Of a DNA stretch of 64,000 bases, positions 38,996 to 51,000 are shown one piece after another (within the stretch, counting starts at the first letter, position 1; the number at the start of each line of letters is the position of its first letter). The notes beneath the pieces were generated by a model that worked only from the letters and a program-made list of their open reading frames with translations, had not been told where the DNA came from and searched no databases. The stretch lies in NCBI RefSeq assembly GCF_055900595.2, contig NZ_CM148325.1; one strand, 5' to 3'. The position numbers and the translations under genes were made by a program.

Positions 38996-40315
38996 ATGTT
39001 GCCGTTTCTGAAAGCGCCAGCTGACGCGCCGTTGATTAGCGATAAACATGAAATTGATGCCCGCTATCGCTACTGGCGTCGGCATATTCTGCTGACCATC
39101 TGGCTGGGTTACGCGCTGTTTTACTTCACGCGGAAAAGTTTTAACGCCGCCGTACCAGAAATCCTTGCTAATGGCGTGCTCAGCCGTAGCGATATCGGCC
39201 TGTTAGCGACCCTGTTTTACATTACCTACGGCGTGTCGAAGTTTGTCTCCGGCATTGTCAGCGACCGCTCAAATGCCCGTTATTTTATGGGGATAGGGCT
39301 TATCGCCACGGGCATCATCAACATTCTGTTTGGCTTCTCGACGTCGCTATGGGCGTTTGCCATGCTATGGGGGCTGAACGCCTTTTTCCAGGGCTGGGGT
39401 TCACCGGTGTGTGCGCGTCTGTTAACCACCTGGTATTCACGTACTGAGCGCGGGGGGTGGTGGGCATTATGGAACACGGCGCATAACGTCGGCGGCGCAC
39501 TCATTCCCATTGTGATGGCAGCGAGCGCGCTGCATTACGGCTGGCGTGCCGGGATGATGATTGCCGGTTGTATGGCGATAGTCGTGGGGATTATTCTCTG
39601 CTGGCGGCTGCGCGATCGCCCGCAGGCGTTAGGTTTACCAGCGGTCGGCGAATGGCGACACGACGCGCTGGAAATCGCTCAACAACAAGAAGGGGCAGGG
39701 CTGACACGTAAAGAGATCCTCACCAAATATGTGTTGCTGAATCCGTATATCTGGCTGCTTTCGTTTTGCTATGTGCTGGTCTATGTGGTCCGGGCGGCGA
39801 TCAACGACTGGGGCAATTTGTATATGTCCGAGACGCTGGGCGTCGATCTGGTCACGGCGAATACGGCAGTGACAATGTTTGAACTGGGCGGATTTATCGG
39901 TGCGCTGGTAGCGGGTTGGGGCTCGGACAAACTCTTTAACGGCAACCGCGGGCCGATGAATTTAATTTTCGCCGCCGGGATTTTGCTGTCCGTCGGCTCG
40001 CTATGGCTGATGCCATTTGCCAGCTACGTGATGCAGGCAAGCTGCTTCTTCACCATTGGTTTTTTTGTCTTTGGCCCGCAGATGTTAATCGGCATGGCGG
40101 CAGCAGAGTGTTCCCACAAGGAGGCGGCAGGGGCGGCAACGGGGTTTGTCGGCTTGTTTGCTTATCTGGGGGCGTCGCTTGCTGGTTGGCCGCTGGCGAA
40201 AGTACTCGATACCTGGCACTGGAGCGGTTTTTTTGTGGTTATCGCCATTGCCGCCGGGATTTCCGCACTGCTGTTACTGCCCTTTTTGAATGCCCAGACA
40301 CCGCGCGAAGCGTGA
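38996..40315 (+). CDS. uhpC: Glucose-6-phosphate sensor UhpC (MFS, organophosphate:Pi antiporter family)
   Basis: 439-aa ORF MLPFLKAPADAPLISDKHEIDARYRYWRRHILLTIWLGYALFYFTRKSF. Confidence 0.95.
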   Translation: MLPFLKAPADAPLISDKHEIDARYRYWRRHILLTIWLGYALFYFTRKSFNAAVPEILANGVLSRSDIGLLATLFYITYGVSKFVSGIVSDRSNARYFMGIGLIATGIINILFGFSTSLWAFAMLWGLNAFFQGWGSPVCARLLTTWYSRTERGGWWALWNTAHNVGGALIPIVMAASALHYGWRAGMMIAGCMAIVVGIILCWRLRDRPQALGLPAVGEWRHDALEIAQQQEGAGLTRKEILTKYVLLNPYIWLLSFCYVLVYVVRAAINDWGNLYMSETLGVDLVTANTAVTMFELGGFIGALVAGWGSDKLFNGNRGPMNLIFAAGILLSVGSLWLMPFASYVMQASCFFTIGFFVFGPQMLIGMAAAECSHKEAAGAATGFVGLFAYLGASLAGWPLAKVLDTWHWSGFFVVIAIAAGISALLLLPFLNAQTPREA

Positions 40316-40452
40316 TGCATCTCACTTTTTCACTTCATATCCGGCAAAACTAAGAAATTTTCCAGGTTTTGCCTGGACGCTATCTCAGGCCTGATTTGCT
40401 GCTGATTTTTACAATGCATACCTCACGCAGGTATTCATTTCAGGAGTAACCC

Positions 40453-41844
40453 ATGCTGGCTTTCTTAAACCAGGTTCGCAAGCCGACCCTGGATCTTCCG
40501 CTCGAAGTGCGGCGCAAAATGTGGTTCAAACCGTTCATGCAATCCTACCTGGTGGTCTTTATCGGCTACCTGACGATGTACCTGATTCGCAAGAACTTTA
40601 ACATCGCGCAGAACGACATGATCTCGACCTACGGCTTGAGCATGACGCAGCTGGGGATGATCGGCCTGGGCTTCTCCATCACTTATGGTGTGGGTAAAAC
40701 ACTGGTTTCCTATTACGCCGACGGCAAAAACACCAAACAATTCCTGCCGTTCATGCTGATCTTGTCTGCCATTTGTATGTTGGGCTTCAGTGCCAGTATG
40801 GGCAGCGGCTCGGTTAGTCTGTTCCTGATGATTGCCTTCTACGCCTTAAGCGGCTTTTTCCAGAGTACCGGGGGATCGTGCAGTTACTCCACCATCACCA
40901 AATGGACGCCGCGTCGTAAGCGCGGGACGTTCCTCGGTTTCTGGAATATTTCTCACAATCTTGGCGGTGCGGGCGCGGCAGGTGTGGCGCTGTTCGGCGC
41001 AAATTACCTGTTTGACGGCCATGTGATCGGCATGTTTATCTTCCCGTCCATCATCGCGTTGATTGTCGGTTTTATCGGCCTGCGTTACGGCAGCGACTCC
41101 CCGGAATCTTATGGCCTCGGCAAAGCTGAAGAACTGTTCGGCGAAGAGATCAGCGAAGAGGACAAAGAGACAGAATCTACCGATATGACCAAGTGGCAGA
41201 TCTTTGTTGAGTATGTGCTGAAAAACAAAGTGATCTGGCTGCTGTGCTTCGCCAACATTTTCCTCTATGTGGTGCGTATTGGTATCGACCAGTGGTCAAC
41301 CGTGTATGCGTTCCAGGAACTGAAACTCTCTAAAGCGGTGGCGATTCAGGGCTTTACGCTGTTTGAAGCTGGTGCGCTGGTGGGTACGCTGTTGTGGGGC
41401 TGGCTCTCTGACCTGGCGAACGGTCGCCGTGGCCTGGTGGCCTGCATCGCGCTGGCGCTGATTATCGCCACGCTCGGTGTGTATCAACATGCCAGCAACG
41501 AATATATCTACCTGGCTTCTCTCTTTGCGTTAGGTTTCCTGGTCTTTGGCCCGCAATTGTTGATTGGTGTGGCTGCTGTTGGCTTTGTACCTAAAAAAGC
41601 CATTGGCGCTGCCGATGGTATTAAAGGCACCTTCGCTTACCTGATTGGTGACAGCTTTGCCAAGTTAGGGCTGGGGATGATTGCCGATGGGACGCCGGTA
41701 TTCGGCCTTACCGGCTGGGCAGGCACCTTTGCCGCACTGGATATCGCCGCGATTGGTTGTATCTGCCTGATGGCGATAGTGGCGGTGATGGAAGAACGCA
41801 AAATCCGCCGCGAGAAAAAAATTCAGCAGTTGACAGTGGCATAA
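40453..41844 (+). CDS. uhpT: Hexose-6-phosphate:phosphate antiporter UhpT
   Basis: 463-aa [52 protein letters not shown]. Confidence 0.97.
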
Positions 41845-41862
41845 ACGTAACTGGTGACTTTT

Positions 41863-41889
41863 GCCCGGCATGACGCCGGGCTTTTTTTT
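41863..41889. terminator. Bidirectional terminator between convergent uhpT and ade
   Basis: gcccggcatgacgccgggc hairpin followed by tttttttt (and preceded by A/T on the other strand). Confidence 0.8.
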
Positions 41890-41890
41890 A

Positions 41891-43657
41891 TTATTCCGTG
41901 ACTTCCAGCGTGGTGAAGGCAAACTTCTCGCCATCAAACAGCCCCTGACTGGTTAGTTTCAGCGCGGGGATCACTGGCAGGGAAAGAAACGCCATCTGAA
42001 TAAACGGCTCATCCGGTAACGGACCACATTCACGGGCGGCGGCTTTCAAGGCGTCAATTTGCTCCGCCAGTGACTGCGCCGTGTCGGTGCTCATTAGCCC
42101 GGCAATGGGCAACGGCAGATGACTTTGTACCTGGCCGTTACGTACTACGCATAGTCCGCCGCCATCCTGAATCACCTGATTGACCGCCAGCGCCATCTCT
42201 TCGGCACTACGACCGATCACCACAATATTATGGCTGTCATGGCTGACCGTCGCAGCCAGCGCGCCTTCATTCAGGCCAAAACCGCCGAGCAAACCACAGG
42301 CTGGAGCCAGTCTTTTCCCGTAACGCTCAAGTACGGCAATAAAGCACACATCATCGCGATCAAAACCATTTTCGCTGTAGACGCTAGAGCGGGAGTGCGT
42401 AATCAATTCGTTATGGATGACGTCAATGACCCGATAGCGTTTTCCAGGCGTAAATTGCAGGGCAAAGTCGCTGGCGGAAACTGGCTGGCGGGCAATGGTA
42501 TTGCCATACGGCGGAGCGGATTGTGCCAGTCTCGCTGACTCTTCCGCTTGTAAGGTTTGTGCATCAATCGGTTCGCCTTTCACCAGTACCTGCTGCACCG
42601 TGACCTTACGCGCATCGCTCAACAGGACGATATCCGCCTGCTTGCCGGGTGCCAGTAAGCCGAGATGATTCAGACCAAAATGGCGTGCTGTCGACCAGCT
42701 GGCGACGCGATATGCCACATGCAGCGGCACATTGTGTTGTTCGATCAGGCGACGAATTAAGGCATCGATATGTCCTTCATGGGCGATCTCCCACGGGTTA
42801 CGGTCATCGGTGCAGAGCATACATTGCGGGCTGTTAAATTCGTTGATCAACGGTGCCAGCGCGTTGAGATTGCGGGCAGCGGACCCTTCGCGGATCATCA
42901 ACGACATGCCGAGTTGTAACTTCCGGCGACCTTCTTCCAGCAGATAACTTTCGTGGCAGTTTTCAATACCCGCAGCAATATAGGCATTAAGTTCTTTACC
43001 GCCCAAACCCGGGCAGTGACCGTCCAGCGTCAGGTGGCGAAATGCGTCCAGTTTATCGAGCAGCGCATTCTGTCCGCTAATTACGCCAGGGTAATCCATC
43101 ATTTCAGCAAGGCCGGTAACCTGCGGATGGTCACGCCAGGCGAGCATCTGTTCAAGTGTAAAACTGGCACCGTTAACATCGCAGCCTTCCAGGGCAGGTA
43201 CGCAAGAACTGACCTGCAAATACTGGTTTTGCCTTGCCTGTTCGGCACAGCGGGCAAACCAGGCGAATCCGGCTTCGCCCATCACGTTGACGATTTCATG
43301 GGGGTCGCAAATAACGGTCGTCAGGCCGCGCGGCAGGGTGGCGGTTTCAAAAGTAACCGGCGTCATCATGCTGGATTCAATATGCAGGTGAGCATCAATA
43401 AACCCTGGCACCGCCGTTGCGCCGCGCGCATCAATCCGCTGCAAAGCCGGAGCGTCAGCATATTCTGCGCCAACACCGGCAATGTAACGTCCTTTAATCA
43501 CAATTGGTCCGGAAATTTCTCCGCCATTGATCAGATCGAGAATAGAGACATTATCAATAATATAATCGGCAACAGCGTCGCCACGGGAAACGGCTAACAA
43601 TTCCTGGTATTCAACCCGGCTAATGTGATGAAATTTATGGTTAATGGAATTATTCAT
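41891..43657 (-). CDS. ade: Adenine deaminase (amidohydrolase superfamily)
   Basis: 588-aa minus-strand [44 protein letters not shown]...[11 protein letters not shown] (metal-binding HxH). Confidence 0.95.
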   Translation of the reverse strand: MNNSINHKFHHISRVEYQELLAVSRGDAVADYIIDNVSILDLINGGEISGPIVIKGRYIAGVGAEYADAPALQRIDARGATAVPGFIDAHLHIESSMMTPVTFETATLPRGLTTVICDPHEIVNVMGEAGFAWFARCAEQARQNQYLQVSSCVPALEGCDVNGASFTLEQMLAWRDHPQVTGLAEMMDYPGVISGQNALLDKLDAFRHLTLDGHCPGLGGKELNAYIAAGIENCHESYLLEEGRRKLQLGMSLMIREGSAARNLNALAPLINEFNSPQCMLCTDDRNPWEIAHEGHIDALIRRLIEQHNVPLHVAYRVASWSTARHFGLNHLGLLAPGKQADIVLLSDARKVTVQQVLVKGEPIDAQTLQAEESARLAQSAPPYGNTIARQPVSASDFALQFTPGKRYRVIDVIHNELITHSRSSVYSENGFDRDDVCFIAVLERYGKRLAPACGLLGGFGLNEGALAATVSHDSHNIVVIGRSAEEMALAVNQVIQDGGGLCVVRNGQVQSHLPLPIAGLMSTDTAQSLAEQIDALKAAARECGPLPDEPFIQMAFLSLPVIPALKLTSQGLFDGEKFAFTTLEVTE

Positions 43658-43831
43658 ATTTTTCTCATTTTGATTTTATCAATTTGATTATTATTTATCA
43701 TAAAGAAACGTCGCGAGATTATTAAAGAATATCCATTAATGTGCAATTGAAATGTGATAATTATCACTGAACCGTTGTTGTCATTTGTTTTACAAAAGCA
43801 AGGGATTAAATCTCCTCCAATGGACAAAAAA

Positions 43832-45166
43832 ATGAATAATGACAATACCGATTACGTGAGTAATGAATCAGGGACGCTTTCGCGATTATTTAAACTACCT
43901 CAGCATGGGACCACCGTCCGCACAGAATTGATTGCGGGGATGACCACTTTTTTAACCATGGTGTACATCGTTTTTGTGAACCCGCAAATCCTCGGCGCGG
44001 CACAAATGGACCCGAAAGTGGTGTTTGTTACCACCTGTTTGATTGCCGGTATCGGCAGTATTGCGATGGGGATATTTGCTAACTTACCCGTGGCGCTGGC
44101 TCCGGCAATGGGACTGAACGCCTTCTTTGCGTTCGTGGTCGTGGGGGCGATGGGTATCTCCTGGCAGACCGGGATGGGCGCAATATTCTGGGGCGCAATT
44201 GGGCTATTTTTGCTCACGCTGTTTCGCATCCGGTACTGGATGATCTCCAACATTCCATTAAGTTTACGTATTGGTATCACTAGCGGAATCGGATTATTTA
44301 TCGCCTTAATGGGGTTAAAAAATACTGGTGTTATTGTCGCCAATAAAGACACCCTGGTGATGATTGGTGATTTAAGTTCTCACGGTGTGTTGTTAGGTAT
44401 ATTAGGGTTTTTTATTATAACCGTGTTGTCATCTCGTCATTTTCATGCCGCGGTGCTGGTCTCTATTGTGGTGACGTCTTGCTGTGGATTATTTTTCGGT
44501 GATGTTCATTTTAGCGGCGTCTATTCCATTCCGCCTGATATTAGCGGCGTCATTGGTGAAGTGGATTTGAGTGGCGCATTATCACTTGAACTCGCCGGTA
44601 TCATTTTCTCCTTTATGCTGATCAACCTATTTGATTCATCAGGAACATTAATCGGTGTGACTGATAAAGCTGGCTTAATAGATAGTAACGGTAAATTCCC
44701 TAATATGAATAAGGCGCTGTATGTTGATAGCGTCAGTTCGGTGGCGGGCGCGTTTATCGGCACCTCGTCTGTTACCGCCTATATTGAAAGTACTTCTGGT
44801 GTGGCAGTTGGTGGTCGAACGGGGCTGACTGCGGTCGTGGTCGGCATTATGTTTCTGTTGGTTATGTTTTTCTCGCCGCTGGTGGCAATGGTCCCTCCTT
44901 ACGCCACCGCCGGAGCGTTAATCTTTGTTGGCGTGCTGATGACCTCAAGCCTGGCGCGCGTTAACTGGGATGATTTTACCGAATCAGTACCTGCATTTAT
45001 TACTACGGTGATGATGCCCTTTACTTTCTCGATCACCGAAGGGATTGCGCTTGGCTTTATGTCGTACTGCATCATGAAGGTGTGCACCGGGCGCTGGCGC
45101 GATCTGAACCTGTGTGTGGTGGTGGTTGCAGCTCTGTTTGCTCTGAAGATTATTTTGGTGGATTAG
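43832..45166 (+). CDS. adeQ: Adenine permease AdeQ (YicO; NCS2/AzgA family)
   Basis: 444-aa protein from ATG 43832 MNNDNTDYVSNESGTLSRLFKLPQHGTTVRTELIAGMTTFLTMVYIVFVNP; divergent from ade. Confidence 0.92.
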   Translation: MNNDNTDYVSNESGTLSRLFKLPQHGTTVRTELIAGMTTFLTMVYIVFVNPQILGAAQMDPKVVFVTTCLIAGIGSIAMGIFANLPVALAPAMGLNAFFAFVVVGAMGISWQTGMGAIFWGAIGLFLLTLFRIRYWMISNIPLSLRIGITSGIGLFIALMGLKNTGVIVANKDTLVMIGDLSSHGVLLGILGFFIITVLSSRHFHAAVLVSIVVTSCCGLFFGDVHFSGVYSIPPDISGVIGEVDLSGALSLELAGIIFSFMLINLFDSSGTLIGVTDKAGLIDSNGKFPNMNKALYVDSVSSVAGAFIGTSSVTAYIESTSGVAVGGRTGLTAVVVGIMFLLVMFFSPLVAMVPPYATAGALIFVGVLMTSSLARVNWDDFTESVPAFITTVMMPFTFSITEGIALGFMSYCIMKVCTGRWRDLNLCVVVVAALFALKIILVD

Positions 45167-45218
45167 TAACTGGCGAGGGTTTCCAGATATCATGAGTTCT
45201 GATTACGCAGGAGAACTC

Positions 45219-45671
45219 ATGATCTGGATAATGCTCGCTACGCTGGCGGTGGTGTTTGTAATTGGTTTTCGGGTGCTGACATCCGGGGCCAGAAAGGCGA
45301 TTCGCCGTCTCAGCGATCGGCTGAATATTGATGTCGTACCCGTGGAGTCGATGGTTGATCAAATGGGAAAGTCAGCCGGTGAGGAATTTTTACGTTATTT
45401 GCATCGCCCGGATGAGTCGCACCTGCAAAACGCCGCGCAGGTGTTGCTCATCTGGCAAATTGTCATTGTCGATGGAAGCGAACAGAACCTGCTGCAATGG
45501 CATCGGATTTTACAAAAAGCCCGTCTTGCCGCGCCGATTACCGATGCTCAGGTCAGGCTGGCGCTGGGTTTTCTGCGCGAAACCGAACCTGAAATGCAGG
45601 ATATTAATGCTTTTCAGATGCGCTATAACGCATTCTTTCAGCCTGCTGAGGGCGTTCACTGGCTGCATTAA
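45219..45671 (+). CDS. yicN: Conserved protein YicN (DUF1198)
   Basis: 150-aa ORF MIWIMLATLAVVFVIGFRVLTSGARKAIRRL... with single N-terminal TM segment. Confidence 0.88.
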   Translation: MIWIMLATLAVVFVIGFRVLTSGARKAIRRLSDRLNIDVVPVESMVDQMGKSAGEEFLRYLHRPDESHLQNAAQVLLIWQIVIVDGSEQNLLQWHRILQKARLAAPITDAQVRLALGFLRETEPEMQDINAFQMRYNAFFQPAEGVHWLH

Positions 45672-45690
45672 AACCGTTTCGTCTTATTAG

Positions 45691-45762
45691 CCTACAGACC
45701 GCGCCTGAGCTGGTGGGTGGATAAGGCGTGCACGCCGCATCCGGCATCGGAACTGACAGTAG
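45691..45762. repeat. REP element
   Basis: ggataaggcgtgcacgccgcatccggcatcgg matches the E. coli REP consensus core (GCCGGATGCGGCGT...). Confidence 0.65.
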
Positions 45763-45786
45763 GTGAACGCATTATCTACGTTCTAT

Positions 45787-46110
45787 TTACAGCAGCACCT
45801 CCAGCCCGTGTTTTTGCACAATGCTGAGCAGTTTTAATGAAATGCCATTGGGGCGTTTAGCGCCACTTTCCCATTTTTGTACAGTTGAAACGCTGGTATT
45901 GAGATAGTGAGCGAAGACGGGCTGACTCACTTTTAATTTTTCCCGCAGTGCTTTTATCTCAACAGGTTGTAAGTCTTGCACGCTGGTCAGGCAGGCTTTG
46001 TCAAAAGTACGCATCGTTTCGGCAGAAATAGCATCGACGCTGGACAATCCAGCAGCTGCGCTGTGAATAGCCTCAAATGCAGGACTTTTAAATTTAGTTT
46101 TTGCAGTCAT
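45787..46110 (-). CDS. Putative antitoxin, XRE-family HTH protein (107 aa)
   Basis: Minus-strand ORF with C-terminal helix-turn-helix (LREKLKVSQPVFAHYLNTSVSTVQKWESGAKRPNGISLKLL); its start overlaps the upstream ORF by 17 nt. Confidence 0.7.
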   Translation of the reverse strand: MTAKTKFKSPAFEAIHSAAAGLSSVDAISAETMRTFDKACLTSVQDLQPVEIKALREKLKVSQPVFAHYLNTSVSTVQKWESGAKRPNGISLKLLSIVQKHGLEVLL

Positions 46111-46453
46111 AGCAGATCTCTGTCAGTTCTTTAGTGTTAATCATTGCTGTTAGTTGGGCTTTCGTCAGGAAGGCATAATGCTTTGCAAGTTCACGAAACC
46201 CAGCCAGTTCCTGACTATTGATGTTCGACATATCCTGTTTTGCATATAAAAACGTGTAAAACCAATTGCTTCCCCCTTTTGCCAGAATAATTGCACGCTC
46301 ACGATTTTGGTGAAGGCGCTTTTTAAAAACGCCACCACCAAGTGCATCAGCTTTACCTTGCTCCGTTTCTAAAATGGCCCGGCACAACTCTTCATCTGTT
46401 ATTGCATGAGACCTGGCTTCCCTTGCAAACCATTTGGTTTTAAACACGCGCAT
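46094..46453 (-). CDS. Putative type II toxin, RelE/HigB-like (119 aa)
   Basis: Small basic ORF MRVFKTKWFAREARSHAITDEEL... upstream of and overlapping the HTH ORF; toxin-first order as in HigBA-type modules. Family assignment from architecture, not from a search. Confidence 0.6.
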   Translation of the reverse strand: MRVFKTKWFAREARSHAITDEELCRAILETEQGKADALGGGVFKKRLHQNRERAIILAKGGSNWFYTFLYAKQDMSNINSQELAGFRELAKHYAFLTKAQLTAMINTKELTEICYDCKN

Positions 46454-46680
46454 ATCGTTGAGGTCCTGTTATTAAAGTATATCACCAAGTGCAATACTTT
46501 ATCTCTTATTCCCAACCCAATCGCGAAAATGCATATCAGCTTGCCCTATGATTTTTATTTCTTCGAGCAGCCTCGAACTTTTCCCACAACACCGTAAAAG
46601 TTGCAAAAACGTTAAATGTGTCACACATTTCAATGTTAAAGTGGTCAGCTTTTCCTCTGAAACATGCCACGGGTAACACC

Positions 46681-47865
46681 ATGAGTGAATTTATTGCCGA
46701 AAACCGCGGCGCGGATGCCATCATCCGACCGAACTGGTCCGCCGTTTTCTCGGTAGCGTTTTGCGTCGCCTGCCTGATTATCGTTGAGTTTTTGCCCGTC
46801 AGTTTGTTGACGCCAATGGCCCAGGATTTAGGTATTTCGGAAGGGGTTGCCGGGCAATCGGTGACCGTGACCGCCTTTGTGGCAATGTTTGCCAGTTTGT
46901 TTATTACCCAGACAATTCAGGCCACTGACCGCCGCTACGTTGTTATTTTGTTTGCCGTTTTGCTGACGCTCTCCTGCTTGCTGGTTTCCTTTGCCAACTC
47001 ATTCAGTTTGCTTTTAATCGGTCGTGCCTGTCTGGGGTTGGCACTCGGCGGGTTCTGGGCGATGTCGGCGTCGCTGACCATGCGTCTGGTACCAGCGCGT
47101 ACGGTGCCGAAGGCGCTGTCGGTGATTTTCGGCGCGGTTTCTATTGCGCTGGTGATAGCCGCGCCGTTGGGTAGCTTTTTAGGTGAGCTTATCGGTTGGC
47201 GCAATGTCTTTAATGCGGCGGCGGTGATGGGCGTGCTGTGTATTATCTGGATTATCAAATCATTGCCTTCGCTGCCTGGCGAACCCTCGCATCAGAAGCA
47301 AAATACTTTCCGCTTATTACAGCGTCCGGGCGTGATGGCCGGGATGATCGCCATCTTCATGTCTTTCGCCGGGCAGTTTGCTTTCTTCACGTATATTCGT
47401 CCAGTGTATATGAATCTCGCAGGATTCGGCGTGGATGGCTTAACGCTGGTGCTGTTGAGTTTTGGTATCGCCAGCTTTATCGGCACGTCGCTTTCGTCGT
47501 TCATTCTTAAACATTCGGTAAAACTGGCCTTAGCAGGTGCGCCGTTAATACTGGCTCTGAGTGCGTTGGTGCTGACGTTGTGGGGAAGCGATAAAATCGT
47601 GGCGACCGGCGTTGCGATTATCTGGGGGCTGACTTTTGCTTTAATTCCCGTTGGCTGGTCAACGTGGATCACTCGCTCACTGGCCGATCAGGCAGAAAAG
47701 GCTGGGTCTATTCAGGTGGCCGTTATTCAGCTTGCCAATACCTGCGGTGCGGCAATCGGCGGTTATGCGTTGGATAACATTGGTCTGACTTCGCCGCTGA
47801 TGTTGTCCGGCACATTGATGTTGCTTACCGCGCTGTTAGTCACCGCAAAGGTGAAAATGAAGTAA
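46681..47865 (+). CDS. nepI: Purine ribonucleoside efflux pump NepI (MFS)
   Basis: ORF from ATG 46681 [55 protein letters not shown]...; ORF track starts 63 nt upstream. Confidence 0.92.
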   Translation: MSEFIAENRGADAIIRPNWSAVFSVAFCVACLIIVEFLPVSLLTPMAQDLGISEGVAGQSVTVTAFVAMFASLFITQTIQATDRRYVVILFAVLLTLSCLLVSFANSFSLLLIGRACLGLALGGFWAMSASLTMRLVPARTVPKALSVIFGAVSIALVIAAPLGSFLGELIGWRNVFNAAAVMGVLCIIWIIKSLPSLPGEPSHQKQNTFRLLQRPGVMAGMIAIFMSFAGQFAFFTYIRPVYMNLAGFGVDGLTLVLLSFGIASFIGTSLSSFILKHSVKLALAGAPLILALSALVLTLWGSDKIVATGVAIIWGLTFALIPVGWSTWITRSLADQAEKAGSIQVAVIQLANTCGAAIGGYALDNIGLTSPLMLSGTLMLLTALLVTAKVKMK

Positions 47866-48066
47866 CGTATTTACAGGAGGGGTTACTGCTGTGGTGGGAA
47901 CACTCTCCTGTTCTTCCCCTGATAACCATTGATCAGGCATTGTTCTTATCTTGTTGTTATTTCCATTCTTCCGCCTGTATTCATCATTTGCTAATCATGA
48001 ATCATCATTTTCCCTCATGTTAAAGAAAGGTCATTTAATCTGAACGCATAGCGGCAGGGATGACAA

Positions 48067-51000
48067 ATGACAGGGAAAGCGCATGGGAACGGTAATCGTT
48101 GGGGCGATAACAGCGTATGTGGATTGGGGGATCGTTTACGTCGTCTGACCGCCGGTCTTTGCCTGATAACGCAAACTATTTTCCCTGTTATAGCTGCTGC
48201 TCCTACGCATGTTAACCCTGCGCATTCGGATACTGCCGCGTCACTGATCCTGTCGAACGTTAAAACTATTCCATACACCTTGGGGGCGTTGGAATCGCCA
48301 CCAACGGTCGCGGCACGCTTTGGTATTACCGTTGATGAATTACGTCGCCTGAATCAGTTCCGTACATTTGCGCGGGGCTTTGACAATGTGCGTCAGGGCG
48401 ATGAGATAGATGTACCACTCATCAACAGTAACAGCCCTGAAGCGCGCACTCTGAAAGCAATGCAGATGGAGCGCGACGGTAAAGATCCACAAATGCAGGT
48501 CGCGGAAGTGGCGCAACAAAGTGGGACACTTTTAGCGCGCGATATGGACAGCGAACAGGCTGCGAGTATGGCGCGTGGCTGGGTGGCTTCTTCTGTGTCT
48601 GCGCAGGCGACAGACTGGCTCAGCCGCTGGGGAACTGCCCGGGTATCTCTGGGTGTTGATGAAGATTTCAGCCTTAAAAGCTCTTCATTTGAATTTCTCC
48701 ATCCCTGGTACGAAACGCCAGATAACCTGGTCTTCAGCCAGCATGCACTCCACCGTACGGATGATCGCACTCAAACGAACCACGGTATCGGCTGGCGTTA
48801 TTTCACATCGAGCTGGATGTCGGGCATAAACCTGTTTATCGATCATGACCTGAGCCGCTATCACACCCGAACCGGGATGGGCGTTGAATACTGGCGCGAT
48901 TACCTGAAACTGAGCGGCAACGGTTATCTGCGCCTCAGTAACTGGCGTAGTGCACCGGAACTCGACAATGACTATGAAGCACGTCCGGCGAACGGGTGGG
49001 ATCTTCGCGCCGAAGGCTGGTTACCGGCCTGGCCGCAGCTGGGCGGCAAGTTGGTCTATGAACAATATTATGGCGATGAAGTGGCGCTGTTTGGTAAAGA
49101 CGAGCGACAAAATGATCCTCACGCGATTACCGCAGGTTTGAGTTACACCCCCGTTCCCCTGATCTCCTTTAGTGCCGAGCAACGGCAGGGCAAACAGGGA
49201 GAAAACGACACCCGAATTGGTATGGAGTTGACGTTGCAACCCGGTCATTCACTGCAAAAACAGCTCGATCCGGCTGAAGTTGCAGCACGACGCAGCCTTG
49301 CGGGCAGTCGCTATGACCTGGTCGATCGTAATAACAATATTGTCCTCGAATATCGCAAGAAAGAGCTGGTGCGGTTGACGCTGACCGATCCGCTGAAAGG
49401 CAAGCCGGGGGAGGTTAAATCGCTGGTTTCTTCCTTACAAACCAAATACGCGCTGAAAGGTTATGACATCGAAGCCGCTTCCTTGCAATCTGCGGGCGGG
49501 AAAGTTGCTGTTTCCGGCAAGGATATTCAGGTCACTATTCCACCCTACCGATTTACGGTAATGCCTGAAACCGACAACACTTACCCAATAACAGTTATAG
49601 CGGAAGATTCGAAAGGGAATTTCTCCCGGCGTGAAGAAAGTATGGTGGTTGTAGAAAAACCCACACTAAGCCTCGCTGATTCAACGCTTTCTGTCGATCT
49701 ACAAATTCTGCTTGCGGATGGAAAATCAATCTCAACGCTGACCTATACCGCGCGAGATTCCAGCGGCAAGCCTATCCCGGGTATGACATTAAAAACCCAT
49801 GCGAAAGGTTTGCAAGATTTCGCCCTAAGCGAATGGAAAGACAACGGTAACGGAACCTATACCCAGTTAGTTACCTCCGGGAAGACGTCAGGCGCGTTGT
49901 CGCTGATGCCACAATTTAACGGCGACGATGTTGCTAAAACACCAGCGCTGATTGCCATTGTGGCTAATATGGCATCCCGAGCGGACTCCATGATTGAAAC
50001 AGACCAGAATAATTACGTCGCGGGTAAGCCGATAGGCGTAAAAGTGACCCTGAAAGATGAGAATGGCAACGGGGTTACCGGAAGAAAAGAACTTCTTAAA
50101 CAGGCTGTTAAAGTAGACAACACGAAGACTGATGCTGTTAGTGCCTGGACGGAAGAAAGTGAGGGAGTTTACAAAGCAAACTATACGGCCCATCTCATTG
50201 GCGACAAATTAACGGCCCAGCTGACGATGCCCGGCTGGCAAACCAAGCATTCGGATGCGTTCAGTATTGCGGGTGATAAAGATACCGCCAAAATCGCTGC
50301 GATGCAGATCACCGCGAATAACGCAGTCGCCAGACGCGATCACAATACCGTCGCTGTGACGGTCAGGGACGTGCATCAAAATTTACTGCAGGGACAAAAT
50401 GTTACCTTCACGGTCGTGAATGGTGCGGCGGTTTTTGCCGATCCAAATGGCGGTATTGTGACGACAGATAAAGACGGGATTGCCAGCGTTAACCTTGCCA
50501 GTGACCAGGCGGTAAACAGTCTTATCAAGGCCGAGATCAATGGCAGTAGTCAGTCTGTGGAAGTGAGCTTTATCACTGGCGATATCTCGCAGCTAACCTC
50601 CACCATCAAGACGGACGATGTGTCATACACCGCGGGTGGCAAGATAAAAGTGACAGTCACCCTTATGGATGAGCAGAAAAACCGGGTGACAGGGATGGCT
50701 TCGCTGCTGGCAGGTAGCGGCGTGGTCGAGGTGAGCGGTACAGATACAAATGAAACGGGTAACTGGAGCGAAGAGTCTGATGGCGTTTACACCACCACCC
50801 GAACCGCGAAGATTGCTGGCAATAGCCATTACGCCACGCTGAAACTATCGACATGGAGTAGCGTGCAGCAATCCGATGCGTATGTCATCCGCGAAAGCGG
50901 AGCTGTGCTGGCTTATTCCTCTATCGTTACCGACAAAACGACCTATACCGCAGGCGGTGCGATTAAAGTTACGGTAACGCTCAAGGATAGCTATGAAAAC

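Noticed and set aside
42953-43597. 214-aa plus-strand ORF inside ade
   Set aside because: Embedded opposite the adenine deaminase gene, which is full-length and conserved; no independent start signals.
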